This document shows positions 1 through 10,350 of a stretch of DNA of 64,000 bases, piece by piece. Origin of the DNA: an uncultured virus (IMG/VR IMGVR_UViG_3300018019_000008). Lineage: Duplodnaviria; Heunggongvirae; Uroviricota; Caudoviricetes. The notes below the pieces were generated by a model. It made no database searches, was not told the origin of the DNA, and saw only the letters and a program-made list of their open reading frames with translations. The position numbers and the translations under genes were made by a program. The stretch lies in the IMG/VR virus record IMGVR_UViG_3300018019_000008, one strand, 5' to 3'. Numbering within the stretch: the stretch's first letter is position 1; each line of letters begins with the position of its first letter.

Positions 1-832
1 ACTTTATATCGAAATCAAGATAAATTTTATATCCTAAACTTCCAGCATAAAGACAAAATCCAAAATCTTCAGAATGAACGCCGCCCCAACTACTTCGATG
101 AATTGGATAAAATTCTAACCGTCTATCTTGAATTACTTTCTGACTAAGAGCTAATGCACCACCACTTGTACAACTGCATTCGAATATTCGTTTTCCATCA
201 GCTAAAAGAGCATCATATTTATACATAACGGCAACCCATCCTTTTTTCTTTCCAGCTTCTAAATTCAAATTGCTTTTTGGATGCAATGATTTTGGCATGT
301 TAACGTCCCATTTACTTGCTACATATGTTCCTTCGGGAAAATCTCTGACGTATGTTCCGCCGCAAATATCCAATTTGTTATCTAAAAACATTTGAATGAA
401 ATCTCTACGTTCTGGGATGCAATCGTCATCAAGAAATATAGCTAACTTCGCGCCATAAGTTCTTGCTCGCGTTAAAAGTATCTCTCTGACATGAGCAATA
501 TTGTCATAAGCGTGTTCGGGAGCAGAAGCGGCATCTTTCCTAAACCAAAGACGAATTACTTCATGTGGTAATTTAAAGTTGGAAACCCAGCGTAAAGTAT
601 TATCTGTGCTATTGTTTTCGCAGAATACGACCAATTCGGGTAGTGGGTTCAATTTATAGATTGCTTTCTCAAAAACAGACCAGCAACGTTGTGACGTGTT
701 GTACACGGGAATTAAAAGCACTACACCTTTAGCAATCTTACCCGTGAATGGCGTATCTTCTTTAATCCAAATACCCGTATCAAATGAGAGAGAAAATCCA
801 TCAATTGTTACCATTGGTTTGTTCAAGTCCAA
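1..832 (-). CDS. GT2-family glycosyltransferase (partial, runs off the left edge)
   Basis: Not in the ORF track. Manual translation from TTG 832 (GGTGA upstream) or ATG 814 gives VVLLIPVYN...VFCENNSTDNT...AIFLDDD, which are GT-A motifs. Confidence 0.75.
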   Translation of the reverse strand, partial: MDLNKPMVTIDGFSLSFDTGIWIKEDTPFTGKIAKGVVLLIPVYNTSQRCWSVFEKAIYKLNPLPELVVFCENNSTDNTLRWVSNFKLPHEVIRLWFRKDAASAPEHAYDNIAHVREILLTRARTYGAKLAIFLDDDCIPERRDFIQMFLDNKLDICGGTYVRDFPEGTYVASKWDVNMPKSLHPKSNLNLEAGKKKGWVAVMYKYDALLADGKRIFECSCTSGGALALSQKVIQDRRLEFYPIHRSSWGGVHSEDFGFCLYAGSLGYKIYLDFDIK

Positions 833-837
833 TCTTA

Positions 838-1278
838 TCACCTAAAAATGGAAACCCCTAACCACTCGAACGCCTTATCGTTAATCTCTGCCATACCTTG
901 ACCCGTCCAAACGTTATGATGTACTGAGTTATGAAGTTCTTCTGGAATATAAATAACATATTCTTTATTTATATGATGACCAACAGCCCCCTTAAAATAA
1001 TAATTTAATTCAACCCAACCTAAATCTCTTTTTCGCTTATTTTTTCTCTTTTTCCACAAAGTTCGCCCCTTTGGAGAATGATACCAATTTTTCCAAGATA
1101 ATGCACGTAGTTCCCGATGGGTTTGGCAATATTTTCTATCAGATATTCTAACTTGTTCTCTATGGGTTTTAACGTATTCTTTATGTGATTCTGGATGATT
1201 AAGTCTCCATTGTTTATTATACCTTTTTTTATATTCTTGTTCTTGTTCAGGGTTTTTATATGGCATAAAATACACCAT
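838..1278 (-). CDS. HNH-type endonuclease
   Basis: Basic N-terminus followed by VGHHINKEYVIYIPEELHNSVHH. Confidence 0.65.
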   Translation of the reverse strand: MVYFMPYKNPEQEQEYKKRYNKQWRLNHPESHKEYVKTHREQVRISDRKYCQTHRELRALSWKNWYHSPKGRTLWKKRKNKRKRDLGWVELNYYFKGAVGHHINKEYVIYIPEELHNSVHHNVWTGQGMAEINDKAFEWLGVSIFR

Positions 1279-1282
1279 CTAT

Positions 1283-1414
1283 TTAATTAAGACAAAATAC
1301 GTGACCGCAACTTTTACACATGAATTGTTGTTTTTTTCCTTTTACAGTTATTCTCACTCCATGCTTTCTAAGGTCACTATTACTACATCTAGGACACTTT
1401 TTGGTTTCACTCAT
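1283..1414 (-). CDS. Small zinc-ribbon protein (43 aa, resembles the InsA-type ribbon)
   Basis: Manual translation MSETKKCPRCSNSDLRKHGVRITVKGKKQQFMCKSCGHVFCLN, with a GTGA RBS and a promoter motif at ~1447-1463. Confidence 0.7.
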   Translation of the reverse strand: MSETKKCPRCSNSDLRKHGVRITVKGKKQQFMCKSCGHVFCLN

Positions 1415-1457
1415 TTTAATCACTAACTAACTAATATGATAAACCACTATATAAGTC

Positions 1458-1775
1458 TTATGGTTCTATGTCTATTACTTTACGTTGCCATTGGCTTCTG
1501 TTCCAGAGTCGTTCGTTAAAATAACCTATTGAAAAACAAATAACCTCTACTATTACTGCTAAAACACCAGAACTTATAGCATTGTTTAATAATGTCATTG
1601 ATACAGATGATTTTGAGATATATGTTAAAAAAGCATCAAAAAGAACAAAATCTAAGATAAACTCTATTACGTGAGATGAGAAACCTTTGATAAGTGTACG
1701 AAGACGACTTTCACAAACTTTATGTTTATGATGGCATTCGGACATTAGGTTGTCTCCGCTCTCTCGCTTGTTCAA
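1458..1775 (-). CDS. Small membrane protein, DUF2061-like
   Basis: ESRLRTLIKG...two hydrophobic segments...YFNERLW pattern. Confidence 0.5.
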   Translation of the reverse strand: MNKRESGDNLMSECHHKHKVCESRLRTLIKGFSSHVIEFILDFVLFDAFLTYISKSSVSMTLLNNAISSGVLAVIVEVICFSIGYFNERLWNRSQWQRKVIDIEP

Positions 1776-2097
1776 CTGACAATCGTTTTAGCATGGCATT
1801 GACTTCGTTATCGCTCTTAATCTTGGATTTGCATCTGATAACTTCCGCGCCTACTTTGAATTTTTGCCACGGATGGTCTTTGCATATCCAATATCTACCG
1901 TATCCTTCTCGAACTTTTGGCTTGTAATCTTGTTTACATCGTAAGCATCTACGCATTCCTTCTTTTTTCGCCGTCAAAATATAAGGCTTCGATTCTGATG
2001 TTTTGCAGTTTGGACAACCTGTCATTCCTAAGAGTGATTTTAGATGTCTTACCCTTAACAGCCTATGACAACCCTTCTCTGGGCAATTAGGATTCAT
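1726..2097 (-). CDS. Cys-rich zinc-finger protein
   Basis: Multiple CxxC and CxxH pairs. Confidence 0.55.
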   Translation of the reverse strand: MNPNCPEKGCHRLLRVRHLKSLLGMTGCPNCKTSESKPYILTAKKEGMRRCLRCKQDYKPKVREGYGRYWICKDHPWQKFKVGAEVIRCKSKIKSDNEVNAMLKRLSVEQARERRQPNVRMPS

Positions 2098-3185
2098 TAA
2101 TCTTTTTCGCCCCCGTAAAGGTCTAATTTAAATGAAGATAATGGTTTTTTTGCAACAACTGGTTTATCTTCTATTTTTGGTTCTTCCTCAGTTTTATTAA
2201 GTTGATTTGAACTAAGTTGTATTCGCATTTCTCTATATTCAATAAGACCCGCTTTGATAACGTTCTTTACTTGTCTTTCTCTTTCATTCATTTGAGAATT
2301 GCCTGTTTTGACTTCAACAATAATTATGCGTTTTAATTCTCCCTCAGATAATCCGTCAAAAATAATGAAGTCTAAAGGAGAGCCTATGAATCGTGCATCT
2401 TTGGGATTAAAAGTAAAATCGGGTAAATATGGAGCTAATTGTTCTGTCATATGCCCACGAATTACATTTTGGCTTCTTGAGATTGCATCTTTGCGAATTC
2501 TTTCTTCTTCGCTTTTCTCCCATTCTTTTAATGCATTATCAGACTTATCTTTAAGGTTTATTTCAATCTGTTTTTTACATTCTTCTAATTGGCAATTATA
2601 TGCATTTTTATCGTTTTCTTCTTGTGTGGCAAATTGTTCCCTCAAAGATTCTACCTGAGAATCATATGTTTTTCTATCGCTTTCTTCTGCTAAATTAAAT
2701 TTTTGTTTTAGAGATTCCACTTGTAAATCAAATTGACTTTTACCTTCTTTTATTTGAGTTTCGTATGCAGTCTTATAATTATCTATTTGAGTCTGATATT
2801 GTTCTTGTAAAGAAGCCAATTCTGTTTGTTTCCATTCTTCAAATTCTCTCTTAGCTTCTGCCTGAGTATTTATTTTTAGATTTGTGATTTCTGTTTGTTC
2901 GTTCTTTAATTCTACATCTTCTTTTTCTATAGTTAATTTTAAAACCCCAATTTCTTCAATATCTTTATTTAATTCTTCCGTTTCAGTCGCCAATTGTTTA
3001 TCCTCATTCTCTATGTTTAGTTTTAATTTTTGATTTTCGAGTTTTTGTTTATTTAATTTTCTGTTGAAATATATAGCAGTACCTAAAATTCCAACAACTG
3101 CAACTACACCAATAATTATTTCAGACATTTTACTTCGTCTCCCTATTTTTGGCTGTAAGAGTTCCTTCTGTTTTTCCATTACCAT
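2097..3185 (-). CDS. Membrane-anchored coiled-coil protein with a C-terminal Holliday-junction-resolvase-related (PD-(D/E)xK) endonuclease domain
   Basis: TM helix, long coiled coil, then EQLAPYLPDF...DARFIGSPLDFIIFDG...VEVKTG. The real start is probably ATG 3128. Confidence 0.8.
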   Translation of the reverse strand: MVMEKQKELLQPKIGRRSKMSEIIIGVVAVVGILGTAIYFNRKLNKQKLENQKLKLNIENEDKQLATETEELNKDIEEIGVLKLTIEKEDVELKNEQTEITNLKINTQAEAKREFEEWKQTELASLQEQYQTQIDNYKTAYETQIKEGKSQFDLQVESLKQKFNLAEESDRKTYDSQVESLREQFATQEENDKNAYNCQLEECKKQIEINLKDKSDNALKEWEKSEEERIRKDAISRSQNVIRGHMTEQLAPYLPDFTFNPKDARFIGSPLDFIIFDGLSEGELKRIIIVEVKTGNSQMNERERQVKNVIKAGLIEYREMRIQLSSNQLNKTEEEPKIEDKPVVAKKPLSSFKLDLYGGEKD

Positions 3186-3402
3186 TCTTAATAGTACAGT
3201 AAAGGCATTCCTCTATAATGAAAAGTTTTCCATCAATATGTTGAGCATACTTCATGCGTTTATGTCGTCCACAAGTGAGACATGGTTCTTCGCTGTTTAC
3301 AACGATGATTCTGCCATCCATCCTTCGAACCTTTTCTTTTTCCTCGTCACTTACGCTTTCAAGAGGAATCCTTAAACAACTTCTAATTTGTTTCTTTATC
3401 AT
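3130..3402 (-). CDS. Hypothetical Zn-ribbon protein
   Basis: CLTC and CLYC pairs. Confidence 0.5.
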   Translation of the reverse strand: MIKKQIRSCLRIPLESVSDEEKEKVRRMDGRIIVVNSEEPCLTCGRHKRMKYAQHIDGKLFIIEECLYCTIKNGNGKTEGTLTAKNRETK

Positions 3403-3436
3403 CTTGCTAACCTTTACCTACTAACTATCCTTCGCC

Positions 3437-4069
3437 CTATATAAACATTGTGGTAGAAACTCCATGCTCACCACTTAGGTCCTTATGAGGGCAAACCCCT
3501 TTATTATGTGCCCTTCCAAGATTACAACTATAACAAAGAACTTGGTATCCTTCGGGAAATCCATTCCTTATCAACCATTTATATATTCCACTACCACTCA
3601 ATCCTAATTGTTTTCTTTGTTTATTTCCACCACCATTTATGTGGTCAATGGTAAGAAATCTGATTTCAGTCTCACCACAACAGGCACATTTAGGTGTTCC
3701 ATTAGAATAATGAGTAAATACTTCTATTTTAATCTGAGGATTCCTCTTTTGATGACATCGTTTAACCGCATCTCGACATTGTTGAGGGTGGTTTTTTTGC
3801 CATTCTTTCATATATAGTGCTAATTTTTCTTTATTATTTTCACGCCATTTTCTAGAACTTTCTAAACCCTTAGAACTTTTACACCATTCTCTTCTTCTTT
3901 TATCATATTTTTCTTTCCGTTGAACGTCAGTATTAAGTCGTTTACGAGTATTTTTACCCCATTCTTTGCGTTTTTCTTTAAAATGTTCCTCATTTTTATG
4001 TTTTTTATAATAATTTTTTGCCCATTTTCTATTATATTCCTTTGCTTTTATTGGGTCTCTATATGGCAT
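3437..4069 (-). CDS. HNH endonuclease (subfamily A)
   Basis: CACCGE...FLTIDHINGGG...YQVLCYSCN; own promoter at 4108-4124. Confidence 0.85.
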   Translation of the reverse strand: MPYRDPIKAKEYNRKWAKNYYKKHKNEEHFKEKRKEWGKNTRKRLNTDVQRKEKYDKRRREWCKSSKGLESSRKWRENNKEKLALYMKEWQKNHPQQCRDAVKRCHQKRNPQIKIEVFTHYSNGTPKCACCGETEIRFLTIDHINGGGNKQRKQLGLSGSGIYKWLIRNGFPEGYQVLCYSCNLGRAHNKGVCPHKDLSGEHGVSTTMFI

Positions 4070-4126
4070 TATTATTACCCTCTTTAAATAACAATATGTA
4101 TAATCTGGTATTTAAAGGTTATGGTT

Positions 4127-4534
4127 TTACCATATAGGTTTGTTTTTTCTAGTAGCTGGAAATAAAGAACGTCCATTCGCCGCGCCCAAAGGAGTTATGA
4201 AATGAACTATATACGTTTCGTCATATCCTTTAAATTGCACATCTTTATTCCAATCAATATGATACCGTCTTAGAATTTGAATAATTGCACTCTCTGTAAG
4301 TTCGTGAATATACGTTCCTAAATCATAAGCATGTTGTGGACAAATCTCAATTCGTTCTAACGGATAAAAGATTCCTTCCTCAGATGGATAAACTGGTCTT
4401 ATATGGTCTTTACATTTGTTTCTAGAACGACAATGGCGGCAAACATCCCATTTATATTCGGAACAGCTATGAAGACATGAAAATTGAAATCCGAGAATGT
4501 TGTAGTTAGTTCGTGGTCTTCGGTCACTCAACAT
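4127..4534 (-). CDS. Hypothetical Cys/His-rich protein
   Basis: ORF in a tight operon; Cys pairs and an HExxE motif. Confidence 0.45.
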   Translation of the reverse strand: MLSDRRPRTNYNILGFQFSCLHSCSEYKWDVCRHCRSRNKCKDHIRPVYPSEEGIFYPLERIEICPQHAYDLGTYIHELTESAIIQILRRYHIDWNKDVQFKGYDETYIVHFITPLGAANGRSLFPATRKNKPIW

Positions 4535-4844
4535 AGATACCTTCAGCTTGCAATTCTCTAACTACATCTTCCCGTCTATATGGAAGACAGATTCTATGAT
4601 AGTAAAAAGCCCAATCGTACATCACATGAAGTTTAGCTACACGCTGAAGTAAATCTCGCCTCTCTTTATCTGGATAATCTCGCGGGTTAAAATGGTCCAA
4701 AATAGCAAGAAGAAAATGTCGATTAACCCAATGCGTTCGACCATTATGACCCTCATATGAACCATCTATCCATTTATGAACTTCTGGATAGGCTTCGCCG
4801 AATACTTCTAAATCTACAATTTTGTGAAGTTGTGGTGCTGGCAT
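4524..4844 (-). CDS. Hypothetical His-rich, possibly metal-binding protein
   Basis: EVHKWID...H...H pattern; promoter motif at ~4877-4893. Confidence 0.5.
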   Translation of the reverse strand: MPAPQLHKIVDLEVFGEAYPEVHKWIDGSYEGHNGRTHWVNRHFLLAILDHFNPRDYPDKERRDLLQRVAKLHVMYDWAFYYHRICLPYRREDVVRELQAEGIYVE

Positions 4845-4895
4845 ATATTTTTCACTATAATCCTATAGTGGTTTAACTATATAAACTTTGCGGTA

Positions 4896-5486
4896 TTATG
4901 GATGGGGTCGCCGTGAGAATTCTGAAGCGTGAGGGTGAAGGCGAGGTTTAAAAGCAAGAGAATGACCAATAATAATTCCGCTTGGCTTAAAGTTCCTAAC
5001 CATATAGTCTAAGTCATAGATTCCTTTTCCTTCCTCTACAACTCTGTCACACAAGCAGTATTTTATGGTTTTCGTCTTTTTGAAAAGTCGGCAAACACAA
5101 AGAACGTCCCCAACTTTGTTCGTGTAAACGTAAGAAGCCGCATCTTCAATAGCGCGAATATTATCGTTCCATTGAAGTATTCTCTCGTCTGAATCGAGAA
5201 CGAACACCCAATCTCCCTCTGCTATATTGGCTATAGACAAAGTTCTTGAGGCGGCTTCGTCCACAGGGGGCAATTTATGATATTCGACTTTTTCCTTCGC
5301 TGTAAGTGCAAACTGCTCTATAACTTCTTTGGTGTTATCTATTGAATAATCAGTTTGACCGTAACCCCAACGTCCGTCATAACAATGGATTTCATCTACT
5401 TTGCCGTCTAAATCTTGAAGACTTGGTAATAAAATATCACCACAATTATAGACCATCATCACAGCTACTATTTTCATATCTATCAC
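4896..5486 (-). CDS. GT-A fold glycosyltransferase
   Basis: VMMVYN, YDG...SIDNT, WVFVLDSDE (DxD motif). Confidence 0.75.
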   Translation of the reverse strand: MIDMKIVAVMMVYNCGDILLPSLQDLDGKVDEIHCYDGRWGYGQTDYSIDNTKEVIEQFALTAKEKVEYHKLPPVDEAASRTLSIANIAEGDWVFVLDSDERILQWNDNIRAIEDAASYVYTNKVGDVLCVCRLFKKTKTIKYCLCDRVVEEGKGIYDLDYMVRNFKPSGIIIGHSLAFKPRLHPHASEFSRRPHP

Positions 5487-7252
5487 AACTGGTTAAATGG
5501 TGGATGTGGACCCATTCGATACTCATTGGGGCTGTACGGAATTTCATATTCTGCATTTATAGGAATATGTTTTTTACTATTTAAGAGAGCTAATCCCTGA
5601 TTTGATTGCCAGAACCAATAACTTGTACCTGTCCTATGTTCTATAATTACAGGTGTGCCATCTTCTCTCTTAAAGGCTTTACCGTCTTTATATATAGGAT
5701 AACGCGGATTTCCACCTATTAATACATGGGTATAATTCCATTCGTCACCTACTTCTCTGGATGGATACTTGAAAAAGTAAATCAAAATATTCAGATATAC
5801 TTGGTCACATGGAGCTTGTCCAACAGTAAAACCTAATTTACTATCAGCATATTTCTTCATCATATCACGCTCAAGACTCAACAAATCCATTATTGTTTTA
5901 CTTGGTCCTATTATCATACCGCCATTTATTAATCGGTTATGGGATATAGACCAATATTCGTCTCTAACGAACTGTCTGCTGTTGAAATCGTCCCATTTAT
6001 CTAAAATGTTAGCTGGCTGTTCTTTAACGTAACACAATTCTTTTCTACCCATTTCTAATAGTGGCTGTATGCTACCCCAAAATATTATGTCATTGGAATC
6101 CACTATCATAATGGTATCATAATTCTTCCATCTATCATTTTCTTTAAGATATTCGAAATAGACTCTGATTCTATCGTTAAATATTGGTTGTTCCAGTTGT
6201 TGACATTGGAGAACCGTAACATTCTTTTGTTTCATTAGTTCGTCTGTGAGATATTTTTTATTAGGGTCAGATGCGTGACCGTAATTTATGCTTCCATAAT
6301 CGGCTATCAATACTTCCCCGTCATAGCATCCGTTACTTCTTAATAACGGCAACCATCGGTTTAGTATTACACCGTTCATTCCTGTAGTCATTATTAAAGT
6401 TCTCTCTTTCCAAGTGCTAAGTTTATTATCCATCTCATCATACTCAGCATTTAATGTTACCCCACCATTAATTATCATAGACTTACCTTTTGGTGTTAAC
6501 CAAAACCATGAACCTGTACTTACTCGGTGTTCTATCATTATTGGTTTACCGTCTTCTGAGAACGCTTTACCATCCTTGATTATTGGTCGCCCATGTGTCC
6601 TTAAATAATTCCATTCTCTACCTACTTCTAAAGAAGGTTGATACTTATTATAATAAATAAAAATGTTTAAGAAAACTTGGTCACATATCGGTGGATTCTT
6701 GAATTTCTCATTCATATCCATTTCCCAATTAAGTAAATCTAATACACAACGAGTAGGACCAACCACCATCCCACCATTAATAATAATTTCATCGGCTATA
6801 CTATCATAATCCCTAAGAATGTTTGGAACTATGAACCCTTGCCATGTTTTTAGTTTATAAGCATCAGGCTCTTTGACATAACAAAGAGTTTTCTCTCCTT
6901 GCTCTAACAATGGCTGTATAGAGCCATGAAAAACTACATCATTACCGTCAGTAAACATAACTACATCATACTTTTTGTAGTTATCATCTTTAAGAAGATA
7001 CTCCCTATAAGCTCTCATCCTATCTAAATACCAATCACCTAATTTTGGCTCGGTAGGATAAACAATTGCCCCTTGATTAATTAGTTCTTTTACTCTCATA
7101 GAATTGTCTGGGTCTAACTCTCCAAACTGTGATACACGACCATAATCTACTATTGTAACATCGCCTAAATATTCTCCTTTTTCTCGCAAAGTCTTTAACC
7201 ACCGTTCAGATATTACTCTGTTGATTCCAGTAGTCATAATAAGAGTTTTCAT
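5483..7252 (-). CDS. Glycosyltransferase-like protein with two tandem GT-A-like domains
   Basis: Both halves contain TLIMTTG.N...DYG, DxxD, INGGM..G, CDQV.LN and EWNY. Confidence 0.7.
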   Translation of the reverse strand: MKTLIMTTGINRVISERWLKTLREKGEYLGDVTIVDYGRVSQFGELDPDNSMRVKELINQGAIVYPTEPKLGDWYLDRMRAYREYLLKDDNYKKYDVVMFTDGNDVVFHGSIQPLLEQGEKTLCYVKEPDAYKLKTWQGFIVPNILRDYDSIADEIIINGGMVVGPTRCVLDLLNWEMDMNEKFKNPPICDQVFLNIFIYYNKYQPSLEVGREWNYLRTHGRPIIKDGKAFSEDGKPIMIEHRVSTGSWFWLTPKGKSMIINGGVTLNAEYDEMDNKLSTWKERTLIMTTGMNGVILNRWLPLLRSNGCYDGEVLIADYGSINYGHASDPNKKYLTDELMKQKNVTVLQCQQLEQPIFNDRIRVYFEYLKENDRWKNYDTIMIVDSNDIIFWGSIQPLLEMGRKELCYVKEQPANILDKWDDFNSRQFVRDEYWSISHNRLINGGMIIGPSKTIMDLLSLERDMMKKYADSKLGFTVGQAPCDQVYLNILIYFFKYPSREVGDEWNYTHVLIGGNPRYPIYKDGKAFKREDGTPVIIEHRTGTSYWFWQSNQGLALLNSKKHIPINAEYEIPYSPNEYRMGPHPPFNQL

Positions 7253-7897
7253 TTAAATCTTAGCCCTCTTAATAAATAGTTCTATATTACTTGAAAATAT
7301 CAAAGGAGCAAAGGCTTTAACTCTCTCTATACTCCAATTCCACCACTTAATCCTAAGCAACTCATCTATTGTAGATTGATTAAATCTATACCTAATTAAT
7401 CGTGCTGGATTACCAGCTACTATTGCATAAGGTGGAACATCTTTAGTAACTACTGATTCTGTACCTATTACAGCACCATCACCGATAGTAACACCTGAAA
7501 GAATAACAGAATTTTCTCCTATCCACACATCATTACCTATATGAACACTTGCATCATACTTCCCTGTTTTATAACAAGTTGTTCTTAATGCTGGTTGTTC
7601 TATATAGTTAGAATCTTTCTCTTCTAAAGTAAAATGCTCTGAAAGTAAACCATTAACTTCATGTGGACTCATAGTAGAAGTCCATTTATAGTTATGCTCT
7701 CCACCTAAGAAAACTTTAACGTTAGTTAATGTAGAAAACTTTCCTATATATAATCTAGCCGTATCCGAACAAACTAACTTTCCTTCCTCATAACGATATG
7801 ATGTAGGTTGTGCTATCTGTAAACCGTTAATAGCAGAATATTTTTCCATTATTACGTATTTAACAAAATCTCCTAAATAACTAATGTCACTATTCAT
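7253..7897 (-). CDS. Hexapeptide-repeat O-acetyltransferase (CatB/Vat-like)
   Basis: IGNDVWIG...[34 protein letters not shown]...WWNW. Confidence 0.9.
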   Translation of the reverse strand: MNSDISYLGDFVKYVIMEKYSAINGLQIAQPTSYRYEEGKLVCSDTARLYIGKFSTLTNVKVFLGGEHNYKWTSTMSPHEVNGLLSEHFTLEEKDSNYIEQPALRTTCYKTGKYDASVHIGNDVWIGENSVILSGVTIGDGAVIGTESVVTKDVPPYAIVAGNPARLIRYRFNQSTIDELLRIKWWNWSIERVKAFAPLIFSSNIELFIKRAKI

Positions 7898-7898
7898 T

Positions 7899-8165
7899 CT
7901 AAACCTTTCTCCACTCTAATATTAAGGAATCTGTTATCGAAGTCATCTCATGAAAGACATTTGGCAAAGTTTTCGTCTCAAAAACGGCTGAATGACGTTC
8001 ATCATTCCATTCAATAGTACCCTTCAGTAATATGTTGAATTGTGTTGAATCATGCATATGACCGCCTCGATGTGCCCCAGCTTTACTATAAATAAGAAGA
8101 TATTCTTGTCCATTGAGATTGAATGATTCCACAAATCCTCTTCTATCCGCTTGTTCAAGTTTCAT
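7899..8165 (-). CDS. Cupin-fold sugar-nucleotide isomerase/epimerase-like protein
   Basis: DRRG, RGGHMH and a distal His. Confidence 0.7.
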   Translation of the reverse strand: MKLEQADRRGFVESFNLNGQEYLLIYSKAGAHRGGHMHDSTQFNILLKGTIEWNDERHSAVFETKTLPNVFHEMTSITDSLILEWRKV

Positions 8166-8168
8166 GTT

Positions 8169-9089
8169 TTAGCATCCATACTTTTTATATCTCGCAATAG
8201 TTTCGGCTATTCCTTCGTCAAAAGAATACTTTGGCTTCCATCCGAGAGCCATTAGTTTGTCATAGTTAACTGCTTGCTCTTGTATCTCTTTCATTGGTCT
8301 GTCTCTTACTTTGTAAATCGGTTCTAAGTTAAACAACTTGGCTATTTTCTTTACAGTTTCTTCTTGAGTTAGAACATCTGGTGTGCCTATGTTGAATATG
8401 CCATTAGGTTGTTTCATCACTAACTCTATTGCCGAAACAAAGTCCGCCACATAGAGATAATTTCTTATCATCTTTTCCTGTCCTACGAAGATTACAGGTC
8501 TAATACCATGCAAGCAATCTTTTATCGTATTGGGGATTATTCTACTTGACAGGTCGTAACCGTAAATATTGCTTGGTCTTGTTATTCGAAGATTAATGCC
8601 AAAGATATTCTCATAGGCTCTTGCTATTGTGTCTTCAGCTACTTTACTTGCTTCATAGATACCATTTACTGAACCGAGTGGGTCTTTTTCTGTAACATAA
8701 AGTTTAGACCATTCATAAACTTTGTCTGTAGTTTGAACAATAATGTGAATATCTTTTTCTGTTCTTCTACACGCTTCTAATACTGATGCCGCGCCTACTA
8801 CATTGACTTTGATAGCTGTCAATGGGTCTTTAATTACTGATTTAAGGACTGCTTGAGCGGCTAAATGGTAAACTTCTTCTATCAAATAGTCTGATAAGAC
8901 TCTTTGAACCAAATCTGTATCTAATATGTCTCCTTTAACAAGAATAGCACCTTTCAGAGCTTCACCCAACCATTTAGAAGAGATATTATCTCTTACCAAA
9001 ACAACTACTCTATTATCTCCTGTCAAATCTTTAACTAAATGGCTACCAAGAAATCCTGTACCGCCTGTAACCATAATATTTTTACCCAT
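8169..9089 (-). CDS. NAD-dependent nucleotide-sugar epimerase/dehydratase (extended SDR)
   Basis: VTGGTGFLG, HLAAQA, TTDKVY, YEASK, NIYG. Confidence 0.9.
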   Translation of the reverse strand: MGKNIMVTGGTGFLGSHLVKDLTGDNRVVVLVRDNISSKWLGEALKGAILVKGDILDTDLVQRVLSDYLIEEVYHLAAQAVLKSVIKDPLTAIKVNVVGAASVLEACRRTEKDIHIIVQTTDKVYEWSKLYVTEKDPLGSVNGIYEASKVAEDTIARAYENIFGINLRITRPSNIYGYDLSSRIIPNTIKDCLHGIRPVIFVGQEKMIRNYLYVADFVSAIELVMKQPNGIFNIGTPDVLTQEETVKKIAKLFNLEPIYKVRDRPMKEIQEQAVNYDKLMALGWKPKYSFDEGIAETIARYKKYGC

Positions 9090-9135
9090 ATGTCATCACA
9101 ATATGTTATTCTTACACAGAACTGGTATTTAAATG

Positions 9136-10350
9136 TTACGGATGATTACGAGCCTGAAGTCTATCTGCAACATAAAGACCACTTGAATGAGGAATGTCCT
9201 TATAAGTTACCGTGGAAGGAGACGTCCCAATTTTCTCGAAAATGTAAAGTATAGTCTTAACTAAGTCTTCTTCATTAAAAAGCTCCAAACCCCGTTTATG
9301 ACCTAGTTCAGCCATCTCAGAATAAAACTTTTTGTCAGTTTTTAATCTATTGATTAATTCAGTCTGTAACGCATAATCTTGGGGCGAAGTGTGAAGTTCG
9401 GGGAACAAATCGTACACGGCTTCGGTTGAGCCTACGCATGGAATATATGTTACCGCGCATTCCATAGCGAACCTTGACCATCCTTGATAGCCAGTATTAT
9501 CGTCTAAACCTATCGAGCAATATCTCCAAAGCAAATCGGTATAAGCCTCATAATCTATACGAGGATATACCGAACTATTAGGCGGAAGTTTTATACTCAT
9601 ACGGAACCGCTTTACTTGTTCTTCATTAAGAGAACCATTAAAAATCGAAACTGACCAATTATTAGGTCTTATAATATTTTCCAGTATTCCAGAAACAGAT
9701 GAATTCTTTATAGAATGAAGCATCATAGCTATTGTATTTTGTTCATGGTTCTCCGAGTATTTTTGCAATCTGTATCTACAGAGTTGAGGGAGAAGCACCT
9801 TGAATACTGGCTTAGTTGTGTATCGTGTATAATCTGAAAATGGTCTTGCTCTAACTACAATATGCGCGTCTGGAATCTCTAATATTCCTGTTTCTTTAAA
9901 GAACTTCTCTGGCGGGTCACTTGTAGGCGGTGGACAATCGTTTACGTCCCACCAAACATGCTTAGGGTCAAACAACCACATGAATTCATCGTCATATTGA
10001 GCAATCATTTTTGCACTCGGTTTCATAAGTGCTTTAGCTAATATCGGCAAAGTCCACCAATTAATTCCTGTAGGTTCACACCTTGTTCTACGTCTTGTTG
10101 CATAAGCAAAAATATAGTCTGCATCCCTTATAGGTTGCCAAAATGGGTCGTCTTTAAAATTATTGTGTATTTTTAACTGTACTGGCATAGAACTTACAAA
10201 AGACACATCTATTCCATATTTCGCGCCATACTTTTTAAAAGCTACATACCATTGAAAGTAATCCGCATTATCGATATGAGCTACAATGCAAAGTTTTTTT
10301 ACAGGTGTTCCCATTGTGTTTCGCCTAATCCCTTCATATTTTGGGTGCAA
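9136..10350 (-). CDS. Probable GT-B fold glycosyltransferase
   Basis: C-terminal GWSRFAMECAVTYIPCVGS...FYSEMAELG pattern and cluster context. Confidence 0.55.
   Translation of the reverse strand: MHPKYEGIRRNTMGTPVKKLCIVAHIDNADYFQWYVAFKKYGAKYGIDVSFVSSMPVQLKIHNNFKDDPFWQPIRDADYIFAYATRRRTRCEPTGINWWTLPILAKALMKPSAKMIAQYDDEFMWLFDPKHVWWDVNDCPPPTSDPPEKFFKETGILEIPDAHIVVRARPFSDYTRYTTKPVFKVLLPQLCRYRLQKYSENHEQNTIAMMLHSIKNSSVSGILENIIRPNNWSVSIFNGSLNEEQVKRFRMSIKLPPNSSVYPRIDYEAYTDLLWRYCSIGLDDNTGYQGWSRFAMECAVTYIPCVGSTEAVYDLFPELHTSPQDYALQTELINRLKTDKKFYSEMAELGHKRGLELFNEEDLVKTILYIFEKIGTSPSTVTYKDIPHSSGLYVADRLQARNHP

Noticed and set aside
1283..1414. IS1 element suggested by the InsA-like zinc ribbon
   Set aside because: No DDE transposase, terminal inverted repeats or target duplication nearby.
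7253..7897. Antibiotic resistance gene (cat/vat)
   Set aside because: The fold is shared with sugar O-acetyltransferases, and the gene lies in a sugar-modification operon.
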